A stretch of 64,000 nt of DNA from an uncultured virus (IMG/VR IMGVR_UViG_3300049793_000365) (IMGVR_UViG_3300049793_000365); one strand, 5' to 3'; positions 19,230 to 29,231 are shown, counted from the first letter of the stretch. Translations and numbers: made by a program. The notes: generated from the sequence alone by a model not told the origin.

Positions 19230-19625
19230 TTTTAATATCCTATCGATTTTACTATCGCGCTTTTCATCGGTTGATTTACCACCCAATAATGAATTATCTG
19301 CGAAATAGTCAAGCAAACCAGCCTTCTCAGCATCAGCAAACTGTGGAATATCGTGTTCCTTATTATTCATTTTGATTACATCAATGAGAGTTTGGAAGTC
19401 ATTACCATATTCATCTTTTACAACTTTTATCTCTTCTTTTAGATCCTTAAACCACTGAGGGTTTTCTTGCTTTAGATACCCGAAGACAACTGGTAGTTGA
19501 TGTGTCATAAAGTCTTCATTGTAGATATGATTGAGCATATCATAGATGTCATCCATGTTTGTTGACATTCGACCATCAGCTAATGAAAACAATTGTAGGG
19601 TTGTGAATTTTTTAATTTTAGTCAT
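19224..19625 (-). CDS. hypothetical protein, tagged
   Basis: Ends RDSKIDRILKN. Confidence 0.75.
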   Translation of the reverse strand: MTKIKKFTTLQLFSLADGRMSTNMDDIYDMLNHIYNEDFMTHQLPVVFGYLKQENPQWFKDLKEEIKVVKDEYGNDFQTLIDVIKMNNKEHDIPQFADAEKAGLLDYFADNSLLGGKSTDEKRDSKIDRILKN

Positions 19626-20055
19626 TGTTTTTGGTTTTACTTTCTAATAATTCATTCAATGATTCATCACGCTTATCTTGCTTTGTTGAATTTCGCTCTT
19701 TCATAAACGTGTCCATTTTAGCGTGTTTCAATCTTCTGTCGCAATAAATATTCTCACCTATCCATCTGGTTGGTATAAAGTACGAATCACCATTAGCAAG
19801 TTCTACTAATGACTCGGCTGTTTCCCACTTTTTAATTTTAACGACTGCTGCTGAATAACCAGAATATGTCTGATTTGCTTTTTTTATTGCTTCTAATAAA
19901 TCTCTAAACCACATATCTATACTATCTGGTTTGACTCTAACCAAGTCATCCACTTCCCATTTCAATAAGTACTCTCTGCGTTCTTTTCTAAGAACCCAGT
20001 TTATCAAAATTATTAGAGCTATTACTGCGGCTGTTATTCCTATAAACCAATACAT
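19618..20055 (-). CDS. N-anchored membrane protein, tagged
   Basis: N-terminal TM; RDESLNELL. Confidence 0.75.
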   Translation of the reverse strand: MYWFIGITAAVIALIILINWVLRKERREYLLKWEVDDLVRVKPDSIDMWFRDLLEAIKKANQTYSGYSAAVVKIKKWETAESLVELANGDSYFIPTRWIGENIYCDRRLKHAKMDTFMKERNSTKQDKRDESLNELLESKTKNND

Positions 20056-20088
20056 TGTTGTTTTATTTTATATGTAAATATACGGATA

Positions 20089-20553
20089 TTAATTCTTCTT
20101 ATCAAATGAAATACCTAAGCACTTCATAACTATGTTATCGATATTTATAAAGGCACTTTTGCTCTTCAACTCTTCTGTTTTTTGTTTCATTCTCTCCTCC
20201 AACATAGTGATATCCCATCCATATACATTATCGATGTGAATATATCCTTGTTCGTGTTGAGAATCGCGCAATGATATCCAAGCAACAATTATCTTAATCT
20301 CCCGTTTATAGGGAATCAACTTCTTATTCAATCGCTTAACATCAGATATGAATTCTGAATAGTCTACATCACTTTCTGTTCTAAATACATCACCATTTGA
20401 TTTATACAGCTTGTGTTCAGTTATATTAAATCCATGTCTATCATTCAATATTTGAATAGTAGCCTGGTCGATAGTTTTAGCGAAAACACTAAACATTTTT
20501 TCCTTTACTGATAATACTCTTAATTTTAATATTTCGAGTGTCCAACTTGTCAT
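20089..20553 (-). CDS. hypothetical protein (true start probably MFSVF)
   Basis: In minus-strand operon; annotated start overlaps upstream gene. Confidence 0.6.
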   Translation of the reverse strand: MTSWTLEILKLRVLSVKEKMFSVFAKTIDQATIQILNDRHGFNITEHKLYKSNGDVFRTESDVDYSEFISDVKRLNKKLIPYKREIKIIVAWISLRDSQHEQGYIHIDNVYGWDITMLEERMKQKTEELKSKSAFINIDNIVMKCLGISFDKKN

Positions 20554-20857
20554 AGATATTTAAAATTTTAACTGCGTCATAGTAATCAATACCGGGAATC
20601 TGATTATCATATGGATCCATTCCATAGTTTCTCACGACTGTAAACTGAACAAGAACCCCATCATTCTTTTTAATCTCAAGACTTCTTTCATATGACTCAA
20701 TGACTCTGAATTCTTCATCAGTGTTCATATCGGTAACCGTCCAATGTTCACCGTAAAAGGTTTGCCCAAGTGCGTATTGCTCAAACTTCTTATGTCTGAG
20801 ATAGCCCTTTCTCTTTACTATTATTTCTTCTTTCTTATCGAATCTTGACATAATCAC
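20489..20857 (-). CDS. hypothetical protein, tagged
   Basis: RNIKIKSII near C-terminus. Confidence 0.7.
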   Translation of the reverse strand: MIMSRFDKKEEIIVKRKGYLRHKKFEQYALGQTFYGEHWTVTDMNTDEEFRVIESYERSLEIKKNDGVLVQFTVVRNYGMDPYDNQIPGIDYYDAVKILNIYDKLDTRNIKIKSIISKGKNV

Positions 20858-21119
20858 CGTCTGATTTTTCTTTTTCTATATCATCATAGAATAATCCATA
20901 TCTAAACCAATAAACACCATCGTTGGCTTTTACCTTATAGATATGACAACTTTTACTGACATAGTAAGGACCAGTAAGAAAGTGACAACGCTCGATTGAT
21001 TCGACTTTCTTACCATTTTCCGTTGCCCATTCTTTTATTTCAGTCTCATAACTGACATTTATAGCAGCTAAAATCAGCACTGCTACAATGAATATTACTA
21101 CATACATAAATACTTTCAT
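20835..21119 (-). CDS. N-anchored membrane protein
   Basis: Hydrophobic N-terminus. Confidence 0.7.
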   Translation of the reverse strand: MKVFMYVVIFIVAVLILAAINVSYETEIKEWATENGKKVESIERCHFLTGPYYVSKSCHIYKVKANDGVYWFRYGLFYDDIEKEKSDGDYVKIR

Positions 21120-21430
21120 AATAAATCTTTTATTTGTTTTTCTCGGTGTGCTTGTTTAAAACTATTATAACCCCAATCATCTTTGTTGTTGTCACTAACT
21201 GTCCAGATACAGTGCTGAATCGTCACTTTATATGATTGAAACTCTGCGTCTGTTAGAGAGTCATACTTTTTGTTTAGGAAGTTGTAAAATGTTTGTACAT
21301 CTGAATCATCAACACCGCGTATTTCTTGAAATCTCATATAGAGATAATTCATATAACCTTCTTCTCTGTATTCCAAGAGTTGTTTTCTGGTGAGTACGAA
21401 TATAAATCTATCTCTTTCGAAATCTGACAT
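21116..21430 (-). CDS. hypothetical protein, tagged
   Basis: TATATTTA 4 nt before ATG; ends REKQIKDLL. Confidence 0.75.
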   Translation of the reverse strand: MSDFERDRFIFVLTRKQLLEYREEGYMNYLYMRFQEIRGVDDSDVQTFYNFLNKKYDSLTDAEFQSYKVTIQHCIWTVSDNNKDDWGYNSFKQAHREKQIKDLL

Positions 21431-21467
21431 ACCGTAAATATACGGACTTTATTTAATATATACAAAT

Positions 21468-21878
21468 ATGAAGCACATAAAATTATATGAAGATTTTGAC
21501 TTTGACAAAGAGTTTAAATCAGAAGATGATAGACATAGAAAAGCATTAGCTGATTTAAATCAAAAAATGATTAAAGTAGTTGATACTTGTATGTTTGTTT
21601 TAACCGAAGATTATGGCTTTGAAGTATTTTATTCACCAAGCTACACTGATATTGGGTACTCATTGGATGAAGATATTATACTATCACAAGATTTAGTGAG
21701 CGAGTTATTATCAGCGAATAAAAAGCTAATTAAAGAGTTAAATAGACAAATACTTATAACTGGACATAATTCTGGTGATAGATATGACTTCCAAGAAGTT
21801 GCTTTAACCGATATAGAATGGAAACCTTATTTAAATAAGAAGTATAGCATCGAATTAAAAATTGATAAGTTTAAATGA
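21468..21878 (+). CDS. leader-bearing protein, family B
   Basis: TAATATATA upstream; MKHIKLYEDF; DTCMFVLTEDYG...ANKKL. Confidence 0.7.
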   Translation: MKHIKLYEDFDFDKEFKSEDDRHRKALADLNQKMIKVVDTCMFVLTEDYGFEVFYSPSYTDIGYSLDEDIILSQDLVSELLSANKKLIKELNRQILITGHNSGDRYDFQEVALTDIEWKPYLNKKYSIELKIDKFK

Positions 21879-22255
21879 AGTATATAAAACAATACGAAGC
21901 TGTTAAACTCAGAAGTGATGTTGAATACATCTTCAAATATGAATTAGAAGGTAATGGATTGTTTAATATAATGGCTACTGATTTAACATTAGACCAATTA
22001 TCACCAAGTAAAACCTCAGTTGATGTTATGATGGTTATAGGATTCTCAGATAATGAAGATATAATGGAACTTAATGATAAAACCGTAAACGAAGAACTAC
22101 CATATGGTGCAGCTGAATATGTTTCTAAGAAAGCATCTGAAATGATTAAGAAGATTTCACTAAAGCACAATGCCACGATTGATAATTTCAAAATGTCATA
22201 CATCAACTGGGATAGATGTACTGCTACTATTGAGTTTAAGATTAACTTTTTATAG
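21875..22255 (+). CDS. leader-bearing protein
   Basis: MKYIKQYEA; ATGA-coupled. Confidence 0.7.
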   Translation: MKYIKQYEAVKLRSDVEYIFKYELEGNGLFNIMATDLTLDQLSPSKTSVDVMMVIGFSDNEDIMELNDKTVNEELPYGAAEYVSKKASEMIKKISLKHNATIDNFKMSYINWDRCTATIEFKINFL

Positions 22256-22273
22256 AAGTTATTAACATCAGAT

Positions 22274-22300
22274 AAACTTTACTAATACTACAAATATAAA
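22274..22300 (+). promoter_or_regulatory. putative middle-type promoter
   Basis: AAACTT-N15-TATAAA, 3 nt before ATG; same pattern at 29860, 47669, 57486 and on minus at 56342. Confidence 0.5.
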
Positions 22301-22303
22301 AGT

Positions 22304-22486
22304 ATGGTTAATTTCGATTACGCTTCTCTTTACCCAACAACGATGGTTGCATTTGACGATGTTGACAATGCTGTAATGAATCTATTACAACAGAGATTGA
22401 ATAATAAGAAAATGGAAGACCGCCTAAATAAAATTGATGATTTATTAAACGACAATGTGCAACACGAAGATAGAAGTAATTCGTAA
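22304..22486 (+). CDS. 60-aa peptide: PolB motif-A fragment plus tag
   Basis: NFDYASLYPTTM at N-terminus; RLNKIDDLL. Confidence 0.6.
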   Translation: MVNFDYASLYPTTMVAFDDVDNAVMNLLQQRLNNKKMEDRLNKIDDLLNDNVQHEDRSNS

Positions 22487-22763
22487 TTATATCAATAATC
22501 AGATTAGAGAAGATTTATTGAATGAGGCTAATAATATTATAGACTCGTGTGGTAATATGGATCTCAATAGACTGATAAATTGTATCAAGAGAGATAATAA
22601 ATCAAAGCCAGCAGGTCAAACATTCTATATGGAATTAGACTTTACTAAATCAAGACTTGTCTACTTCGGTAAGATGAAAGCAGATGGTGAGTTTGGAATA
22701 TCATTTGACTTAATACCTGATATGGTAGAACGCTGGCGAGAAGAAAAGCTTAACTCCCTTTAA
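22455..22763 (+). CDS. hypothetical protein, tagged
   Basis: Ends REEKLNSL. Confidence 0.7.
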   Translation: MCNTKIEVIRNYINNQIREDLLNEANNIIDSCGNMDLNRLINCIKRDNKSKPAGQTFYMELDFTKSRLVYFGKMKADGEFGISFDLIPDMVERWREEKLNSL

Positions 22764-23061
22764 GTATATTATCGATAGCGACATCGCGCTTATCTAACTT
22801 CGGTAGATGTGTTAAAGTAACTGGATGGCACATAGCCAATACAACATCTTCATACATTTTCCTTTTATCACCTATCTTTATGGAATCGTGATGTGGCATT
22901 ATACAAACGAATTCGTAGGCTCTTGAATCCTCATTTATAAAAACACTACGAGCTTCCCAGATACCATGTGATATAATATGAGAATCGTCTGATGGACTTC
23001 TACTTTCAAATGCAGGGTCTATCATCCACCAAGTAAGCAGTTTAATAGTGGGTCCAATCAT
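22750..23061 (-). CDS. hypothetical protein, tagged
   Basis: Ends RDVAIDNILKGS. Confidence 0.7.
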   Translation of the reverse strand: MIGPTIKLLTWWMIDPAFESRSPSDDSHIISHGIWEARSVFINEDSRAYEFVCIMPHHDSIKIGDKRKMYEDVVLAMCHPVTLTHLPKLDKRDVAIDNILKGS

Positions 23062-23327
23062 ACCGCTGGTTTATAATCTCGTTTAAGTGACTTTTTATAC
23101 TCAATGAATGTCTGTATTAAATAAGCAGGGTTTTTCTTACGACCAATCGAAACGATGTCATTTCTTAATGTTTTAAGTTGTTGGTCAGAATCTTCATCAT
23201 TAGTACCCTTATCAATATATCTCAACAGTGAGTAATAGACCGAGCTTCCTTCTAATGGTGCGTTTAGTAAATTGAACTGACTGAGTAAGTATATCGCATA
23301 CTTTTTTCTTTCGAGTGATGTAAACAT
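23058..23327 (-). CDS. hypothetical protein (truncated tag RDYK)
   Basis: Ends KRDYKPAV. Confidence 0.6.
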   Translation of the reverse strand: MFTSLERKKYAIYLLSQFNLLNAPLEGSSVYYSLLRYIDKGTNDEDSDQQLKTLRNDIVSIGRKKNPAYLIQTFIEYKKSLKRDYKPAV

Positions 23328-23338
23328 AGAGGTGTATT

Positions 23339-23623
23339 TTAGGCTATAACTTGTTTAATTTTTAAGTCGCGAACAATTGGTTTCATAATGGGATGTTCAG
23401 AATCAACTATATCATATTCACTATCACCGTCTCTATATACAATTGAAAATCCACGTTTCTGTAAATTATCCTTGTCGGTAGAATTTACCCTCAGTGGTAT
23501 ATTTAATTCAATTTTAGATAGCCCGTCATTTATGTTTTTAATAGAGTCTGTATCTGCTACATTAGTAATGAATTCGAATTCCTTATTACCCATAAATGGC
23601 TGTTTCACCAATACTATTCGCAT
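23339..23623 (-). CDS. hypothetical protein, tagged
   Basis: TATATTTG upstream; ends RDLKIKQVIA. Confidence 0.75.
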   Translation of the reverse strand: MRIVLVKQPFMGNKEFEFITNVADTDSIKNINDGLSKIELNIPLRVNSTDKDNLQKRGFSIVYRDGDSEYDIVDSEHPIMKPIVRDLKIKQVIA

Positions 23624-23661
23624 TCTACAAATATAGTGAAAAAGTCCGGAACTACCAAAAT

Positions 23662-23691
23662 AAAAACCCGATAAGTTATTACCGGGTTTTT
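23662..23691 (-). terminator. intrinsic terminator
   Basis: AAAAACCCG...CGGGTTTTT just after the stop of 23697-23969. Confidence 0.7.
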
Positions 23692-23696
23692 GTTAA

Positions 23697-23969
23697 TTAT
23701 TTTTTATTTGCTCTGTTTTTCCCAAGATGATAGCCATCACAAAAGATACATTTATAGTTACTAAAATGTACTCCGTGCTTTATGCTTAACTTCTGTGCTG
23801 ATTTGTTAGCAGTTGCTTTGGTATTATACATCACCTTTGGTTGTCCGTTGTCTCTTAGGTGGCTTCTCTTTGAGAAGAGACCAAGTACATGACCCTTAAA
23901 TAGATTACGGACGAATCTTTTGAGTGGCATTTGGTCTTTTAATCCTAAATATAAATTCTTTAGTTTCAT
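23697..23969 (-). CDS. basic protein with CxxC...H zinc-ribbon-like end
   Basis: YKCIFCDGYHLG. Confidence 0.7.
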   Translation of the reverse strand: MKLKNLYLGLKDQMPLKRFVRNLFKGHVLGLFSKRSHLRDNGQPKVMYNTKATANKSAQKLSIKHGVHFSNYKCIFCDGYHLGKNRANKK

Positions 23970-24307
23970 TCACTTTGTAGGTAATTTAATACGAATTGTT
24001 TATCTTCTGGGTATTTTATTAGCCAAAATTCTAAACCAGTGTAAATATTATTCTCACTATTTCTCGGAGAGCCTGAGAATTCTATGCTCTCAATTGGGGT
24101 ATCTTTTGTTATAGGTTCATTTGCTGTAACTCTACAATGAGCGCATCTTGCCGGTAATGGTAATACTCTCTTTGTATATCCAATGCTAACTAATTGTTCA
24201 TAGATAGGTTTATCTATGTTTAATTCCATGCGTGTTTTTTCTAACGCATAATAACGTAGTGCTTGTAATTCAGTATCTACATATTTAAATAATTCTTCTT
24301 TTGTCAT
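23966..24307 (-). CDS. hypothetical protein
   Basis: TATATTTG 5 nt before ATG. Confidence 0.7.
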   Translation of the reverse strand: MTKEELFKYVDTELQALRYYALEKTRMELNIDKPIYEQLVSIGYTKRVLPLPARCAHCRVTANEPITKDTPIESIEFSGSPRNSENNIYTGLEFWLIKYPEDKQFVLNYLQSE

Positions 24308-24344
24308 GTAGACAAATATACGGATTATATTAAGTATAAAAAAA

Positions 24345-24923
24345 TTATTTAACTAGGATAAGAGTCTTTTTTCCTTCACCCTCTTTGATTTTACCAGCAT
24401 CAGCTAATTCAGCAACTATACCGTAGAAGTCCATAAGGTCCCAGTGGTCGTTAAAGTTAGCACCACAAGCATCAAATAAATCCTTATTAGCCATTTCACC
24501 ACCGTTATCTTCAAGAGTCTTAAGTATCAATGCTTTTGTTTCATCTTTACCTTCCATCATCTTGACACCAGAGCCTTTCATACCAGACTCTTCATAACCT
24601 TTAGAATGAGCAGTGTATATCATAGAATCAAACAATTGGTCGTATGTCTTTATTTGCTCTTCGATTTGACTACCAAGAGCGTTTAATTTCTCAACCAATT
24701 CAGGCTTTAGAAACACAATACCTTTAGTTGGTAACGATTTAACTGGACCAAATTTAGAATTACCCTTTCTTAATTCAACTTCCGTTAAAGTAAATCCTGT
24801 TTTCTTATATGGCTTTCTACCAGCTTTAGCGTGTGTCGCATGGTCAGCAGACCAATTTCCTTGAACATCAAGTTCTGATTTATTAACGATTTCGAAGTTT
24901 TCGAATTTATGTAAGTGTTTCAT
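24345..24923 (-). CDS. leader-bearing protein, possible C-terminal winged helix
   Basis: MKHLHKFENFE; ILKTLEDNGGEM...VAELADAGKI. Confidence 0.65.
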   Translation of the reverse strand: MKHLHKFENFEIVNKSELDVQGNWSADHATHAKAGRKPYKKTGFTLTEVELRKGNSKFGPVKSLPTKGIVFLKPELVEKLNALGSQIEEQIKTYDQLFDSMIYTAHSKGYEESGMKGSGVKMMEGKDETKALILKTLEDNGGEMANKDLFDACGANFNDHWDLMDFYGIVAELADAGKIKEGEGKKTLILVK

Positions 24924-25014
24924 AAAGTATATATTATTATCTTGGACCGGTATCTGCTACCAGAATTTCATATCGTATATATAATATATACTTAACTAAA
25001 AAATAAGCTTTATA

Positions 25015-25941
25015 ATGAGATATTTAAAGAATATGAATAGCTTCCAGTCGCCAAACACTACTGAAGTTAAGCAAAATGAAGAATTAATCGAAGATGTTAC
25101 TCTACATAAAACACACGTTAAGAAGTTGGGTGATGTCGTTATACCAGATCCAGAACATGGTGATATAAAACTTAGCGTATTTCCTTTTGAAAACACAGGG
25201 GAATGGGTTAGCCTACCCGAATGCTTCAAAGCATGGGAGAAGTCATTTAACGAGGTTTTAAAGTCAATCCCATTACAAGAAGGTGCGAACACACACTATG
25301 TAACAATAGATTCTAAATTTTTCACTACTGGTGACTTCTTAAGAAGAGAAGGTGTTCACATGGATGGTAATTTCTGCGTAGACCCATATTTTAGCGGAAT
25401 CAGTGAGAAGAAAGAATGGGGCGGAGCATCTTATACGTGGGGTGGAGCATCTTACAAAGAAGAAGAAACGGAAGAAGAAAAAATACAGAATACTCGTGGT
25501 AAAAAGCTCAAAGAACTTCTTAAGAAGAAGAAAGCTAAGAAGAAACCAGGAAAAGTAGATGAGAGACAATATCATTTATATGAAGCAAAAGCTGATAACA
25601 GTCACGTAAAGATGGATTGGGTTTTGCCTTATAATATAGTCATTCCAATCGCACAATATGTAGCTGAAAAGAAGGGTGGTATCTTAACAGTATCGACAGA
25701 AGTAGGATGTCAAGCTTGGTCTGGTGAATTTCATGGTGAAGTATTATCAGAAGGAGCATTCACCGAAATGGAAAGCCAATTAACTGATGATAAAAAAGTA
25801 GTATTCGAAAAGAATGCTTTATACTTTATGTCAAGTAACACACCACATGAAACAATGTTCATTGATAAAGGGAAAAGAAGAACTTTCTTAAGAATAACAT
25901 TGAATCATAATTATAACAATGAAGCAATTTTAAACAAATAA
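25015..25941 (+). CDS. 2OG-Fe(II) dioxygenase-like protein with leader-like N-terminus
   Basis: REGVHMDG (HxD), TPHE (distal His), RTFLRITL; MRYLKNMNSF; TAATATATA upstream. Confidence 0.6.
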   Translation: MRYLKNMNSFQSPNTTEVKQNEELIEDVTLHKTHVKKLGDVVIPDPEHGDIKLSVFPFENTGEWVSLPECFKAWEKSFNEVLKSIPLQEGANTHYVTIDSKFFTTGDFLRREGVHMDGNFCVDPYFSGISEKKEWGGASYTWGGASYKEEETEEEKIQNTRGKKLKELLKKKKAKKKPGKVDERQYHLYEAKADNSHVKMDWVLPYNIVIPIAQYVAEKKGGILTVSTEVGCQAWSGEFHGEVLSEGAFTEMESQLTDDKKVVFEKNALYFMSSNTPHETMFIDKGKRRTFLRITLNHNYNNEAILNK

Positions 25942-25976
25942 CACAACTTATTACAATTAGGATCAATATAAATAGT

Positions 25977-26414
25977 ATGAAAAAGCAACTATTTATATTG
26001 ATCCTAATTTTGTTTTCATTCGGTGCTAAAGCTGGTGATACGGTTATGATTAAACCGATTAGATTTAGTATAAAATCAGAAATCTCCAAAGTATTATTTA
26101 ACGCATCTATTACTGGATGCTATGACACACTTACTAAATATTGTAATAGCAGTGTTACATTATATACCGACTTTGATGGTGAAACAAGAACAGAAGATGT
26201 ATCAGATGTTAAGCTTATATCAGAACTAAATGACTTCATTCAACAAGTTCCATTTACATATATGAAAGTATTAAATGGTAAAAATAAATTAAACGAAGAG
26301 GTCTTTGTGGTTGAATTATATTGGTCGAAAGACAACCCAGCACCACTTGTTCAGATGTTTTTTAGGTTGGATAGTAAAGAAGCAATAAGAGTAGTTGTTA
26401 TTTTAGCAAACTAA
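25977..26414 (+). CDS. secreted protein
   Basis: Signal peptide MKKQLFILILILFSFGAKA. Confidence 0.7.
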   Translation: MKKQLFILILILFSFGAKAGDTVMIKPIRFSIKSEISKVLFNASITGCYDTLTKYCNSSVTLYTDFDGETRTEDVSDVKLISELNDFIQQVPFTYMKVLNGKNKLNEEVFVVELYWSKDNPAPLVQMFFRLDSKEAIRVVVILAN

Positions 26415-26710
26415 TCACCGATAATCATATTTAATCTATCGTCTCTCATTTGAGTTCTATTTAAATAGAATTCGAATACGCGGTGGTCGTGATACTTCAA
26501 ACTAACCAACAAACATTCGTGTGGACCGATACGTGCTTCCTCCACCATATAGTCACTTACCTTTATTCCATGTACATTATAGACCATCCAATCACGTAAT
26601 TTATCGTGTATCTTTTCTTTGTTACCACCACTCGTTAAATATACAGTTTCTATTTCCCGCTTTATTTCTCTCTCACTATCAGTTAATAAAGCATCTAAGT
26701 CTATTATCAT
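26411..26710 (-). CDS. hypothetical protein, tagged
   Basis: Ends RDDRLNMIIGD. Confidence 0.7.
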   Translation of the reverse strand: MIIDLDALLTDSEREIKREIETVYLTSGGNKEKIHDKLRDWMVYNVHGIKVSDYMVEEARIGPHECLLVSLKYHDHRVFEFYLNRTQMRDDRLNMIIGD

Positions 26711-26973
26711 ATCAATGAATTCAGTTTATAGTCACGTCTCGCTTTTATATTAGGCTTAACTGTTGGGTCGTTTGTATCAATTATTAAGTATGAATTCTCA
26801 ATTGAACTATCCACTTCTTTAACAAAGAGGTCGTACCTATTGGGCTTCACTTGTGTGTGTTCAAGATAATACTCATCAACTTCTATATCATCATCACCAA
26901 CTTCGTTATCTAAGTCTATTAGATACCAATAATCAGCGGGTACATTTTGTGCTTTTACTTGAATACAGTTCAT
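26707..26973 (-). CDS. hypothetical protein, tagged
   Basis: TATATTTG upstream; ends RDYKLNSLI. Confidence 0.75.
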   Translation of the reverse strand: MNCIQVKAQNVPADYWYLIDLDNEVGDDDIEVDEYYLEHTQVKPNRYDLFVKEVDSSIENSYLIIDTNDPTVKPNIKARRDYKLNSLI

Positions 26974-27057
26974 TCCAACAAATATACGTTAATAAAATTA
27001 AAAAAACAAGGACAACTTATTTTCCTTACTGGGTATAACTATGGTAATATTATTGAC

Positions 27058-27297
27058 ATGAATTACTGCGAAATCTGTTATGTTTGGATTGATGAAGATT
27101 GGAAGTGCGATAGATGTGAGTGTCTATACTGCGAGTCTTGTTCTTCGCGATTCACTCTACACAACCAAATTGACTTCCCATGTTGTTTAATTTGTGCTGA
27201 CCAAATGCAATATATGCCCAAAAAATCCACTATACGAGAAAATAGACTTAATATTTTATTTAATATCATACCAGAATGGATGAGCCACAAAGAATAA
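27058..27297 (+). CDS. Cys-rich zinc-finger-like protein, tagged (start moved to MNYCE)
   Basis: Four CxxC pairs; RENRLNILF. Confidence 0.65.
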   Translation: MNYCEICYVWIDEDWKCDRCECLYCESCSSRFTLHNQIDFPCCLICADQMQYMPKKSTIRENRLNILFNIIPEWMSHKE

Positions 27298-27569
27298 CTG
27301 GTAATAAATACACCGTATCACTTAATAAGAAAAGTTATCCAGTTAGGGATAACCCAAACTCACTCGACCTAATCGAATTTAGAATAGACGCGGTGTTGAG
27401 TGTGATGTGTGGAAGAACATTTGAAACATTATCATTTAGCTACGACTTAGATACACATATTTTAAGAGTATTATCACCATTAGAAGATATCATAATTACC
27501 TACATATCAACAAGCGAATATAGAAATCAGAAACTAAATAACATCTTAGACAATGACAGCAATAAATAG
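27276..27569 (+). CDS. hypothetical protein, tagged
   Basis: RNQKLNNIL. Confidence 0.65.
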   Translation: MDEPQRITGNKYTVSLNKKSYPVRDNPNSLDLIEFRIDAVLSVMCGRTFETLSFSYDLDTHILRVLSPLEDIIITYISTSEYRNQKLNNILDNDSNK

Positions 27570-28302
27570 CAAAATAAAATATTACCTTGATAAATATTTA
27601 GAATTTGATTCAGATGAATTATTTAGAAATGCGGATTTAATGCTAATATTTGGCGGTTGTCTTCGTGATATAATAGCCAATCAAAAAATACACGACATTG
27701 ATATATTGTGTGGATCTAAATCTTGTAAACAATTACACGAGTTACTTGAGCGTAATGGATTTTCTTATAAGGAAAACTTAACACCGAAAGATTTAGCAAG
27801 CGTATATACTGAGATACACATTATAAATGAACCACACACATTCGTAAAAGGTGATAAGGTAGTTCAATTAATAAGACCTTCGATTGGATATCAAGATGCT
27901 GAGGAAAATTACAGAGGTTCGCTTACTAACTTGGTATTCGAAGTAGACCTTAGTTGTTGTGGCTTAAGTTACAATGGTAAAACTCTGATTGAAAATGTTA
28001 GAAATGCTGTACTACACTGTTGTAATAAAACATTTGAAGTAAGAAAGACTAAGATGAATTTACCAAAAAGAATACAACTCCGAACTTTTAAGTTAGAAGA
28101 GAGAGGTTGGGAAAATATAGAATCAACACCAGCACTCATTAGAGACGATAAAATAGATGCTATATTAAATAACAATGATGGTATTGATTACTCATTTGCG
28201 TGTGTTTATTCACCAGATGATAAATTATTTAGACCACAACAAGTAGTCAGCTTTGTAGATTTGGATTACTTTGATGATGATTTTTATGGAATTGAACTTT
28301 AG
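27553..28302 (+). CDS. nucleotidyltransferase (poly(A) polymerase/CCA-enzyme head-like), tagged
   Basis: IFGGCLRDII...HDIDIL; RDDKIDAIL followed by acidic tail. Confidence 0.7.
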   Translation: MTAINSKIKYYLDKYLEFDSDELFRNADLMLIFGGCLRDIIANQKIHDIDILCGSKSCKQLHELLERNGFSYKENLTPKDLASVYTEIHIINEPHTFVKGDKVVQLIRPSIGYQDAEENYRGSLTNLVFEVDLSCCGLSYNGKTLIENVRNAVLHCCNKTFEVRKTKMNLPKRIQLRTFKLEERGWENIESTPALIRDDKIDAILNNNDGIDYSFACVYSPDDKLFRPQQVVSFVDLDYFDDDFYGIEL

Positions 28303-28394
28303 AACGGCATGAAAAAGGGTTTGTAGTAAAGTTTGTAAACCAGAAACCCCGAAAAACACAGTGTAATGACAACTGTTAGACAAACTAAGCCGTT
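28303..28394. ncRNA. candidate structured RNA element
   Basis: Pairings 28303-08/28389-94, 28317-22/28344-49, 28358-62/28372-76 and crossing 28330-36/28380-86. Confidence 0.3.
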
Positions 28395-28428
28395 TAATTT
28401 TTAGTGTTTCATATATTATATATAGTTT

Positions 28429-28800
28429 ATGAAGCATTTAAAGAAGTTTAATGAGAATGAAAGCGCATATCCTGAGTTCGCTGATAAGTACGCTAAGATG
28501 AAAGCATCATTAGATGTCGCTTTGGTTGAATTTAGAGATGTTTATACAATAGATTCAGAAGGTAGTGGTGTACAAGAATATCCAAATGGATGCTTGGTAT
28601 ACAGAATCGAATTGGGTGAGTTTGGTAAAATGTCTGGTGTTTTTAAAAAGGAAGAATTATATAAGCTCAAAGAAGACTACGAAAATCTTATTAAAATAAC
28701 AGAAGCTTGTCAACGAGTTCTTAAGAAAATGTTTGCTGATGGATTTACTCAGAGCGATGTTTACATAAGTTCAAATAATATTTCTTTTCAAATAAAGTAA
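28429..28800 (+). CDS. leader-bearing protein, family A
   Basis: MKHLKKFNENE; CQRVLKKMFADGF. Confidence 0.7.
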   Translation: MKHLKKFNENESAYPEFADKYAKMKASLDVALVEFRDVYTIDSEGSGVQEYPNGCLVYRIELGEFGKMSGVFKKEELYKLKEDYENLIKITEACQRVLKKMFADGFTQSDVYISSNNISFQIK

Positions 28801-28943
28801 ATTAGGTTATGACTAAGGATGAAATCATAAAAAAGTGGATAGAGGAAAAGAAGAAGTGGGATAAGATGTGTAACGAACACGCTAAATATTACACTAATGA
28901 TGAGCGATTAAAAGCTATGAGCTATTCTACTATTATTGCCTTA

Positions 28944-29231
28944 TTACTTAGAGATATCAAGAACATGAGCTGACTGCCTATCTCTCCAATCAGAGAGACT
29001 TTCGAAATAGTCTGAGAAAATACAATCACCATACTCTTCTTTAAACTTATCAGGATAAGTAACTGGTATAAATCCGTACTCTGTTCTATTTACCGAAACC
29101 ATGTATATATCGGATAGTAATTCATATTGGTAGACTTTACCAAACTCATATAAGTTACCATCAAAGGTTAATAGTTCTTTAATACAAACACAACTATTGG
29201 ACATTTTTCTCTTTATATAATTGATATACAT
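28944..29231 (-). CDS. hypothetical protein, CxCIK...FxxYF family, tagged
   Basis: CVCIKEL...YEFGKVYQY...FSDYFESLSDWRDRQSAHVL. Confidence 0.7.
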   Translation of the reverse strand: MYINYIKRKMSNSCVCIKELLTFDGNLYEFGKVYQYELLSDIYMVSVNRTEYGFIPVTYPDKFKEEYGDCIFSDYFESLSDWRDRQSAHVLDISK

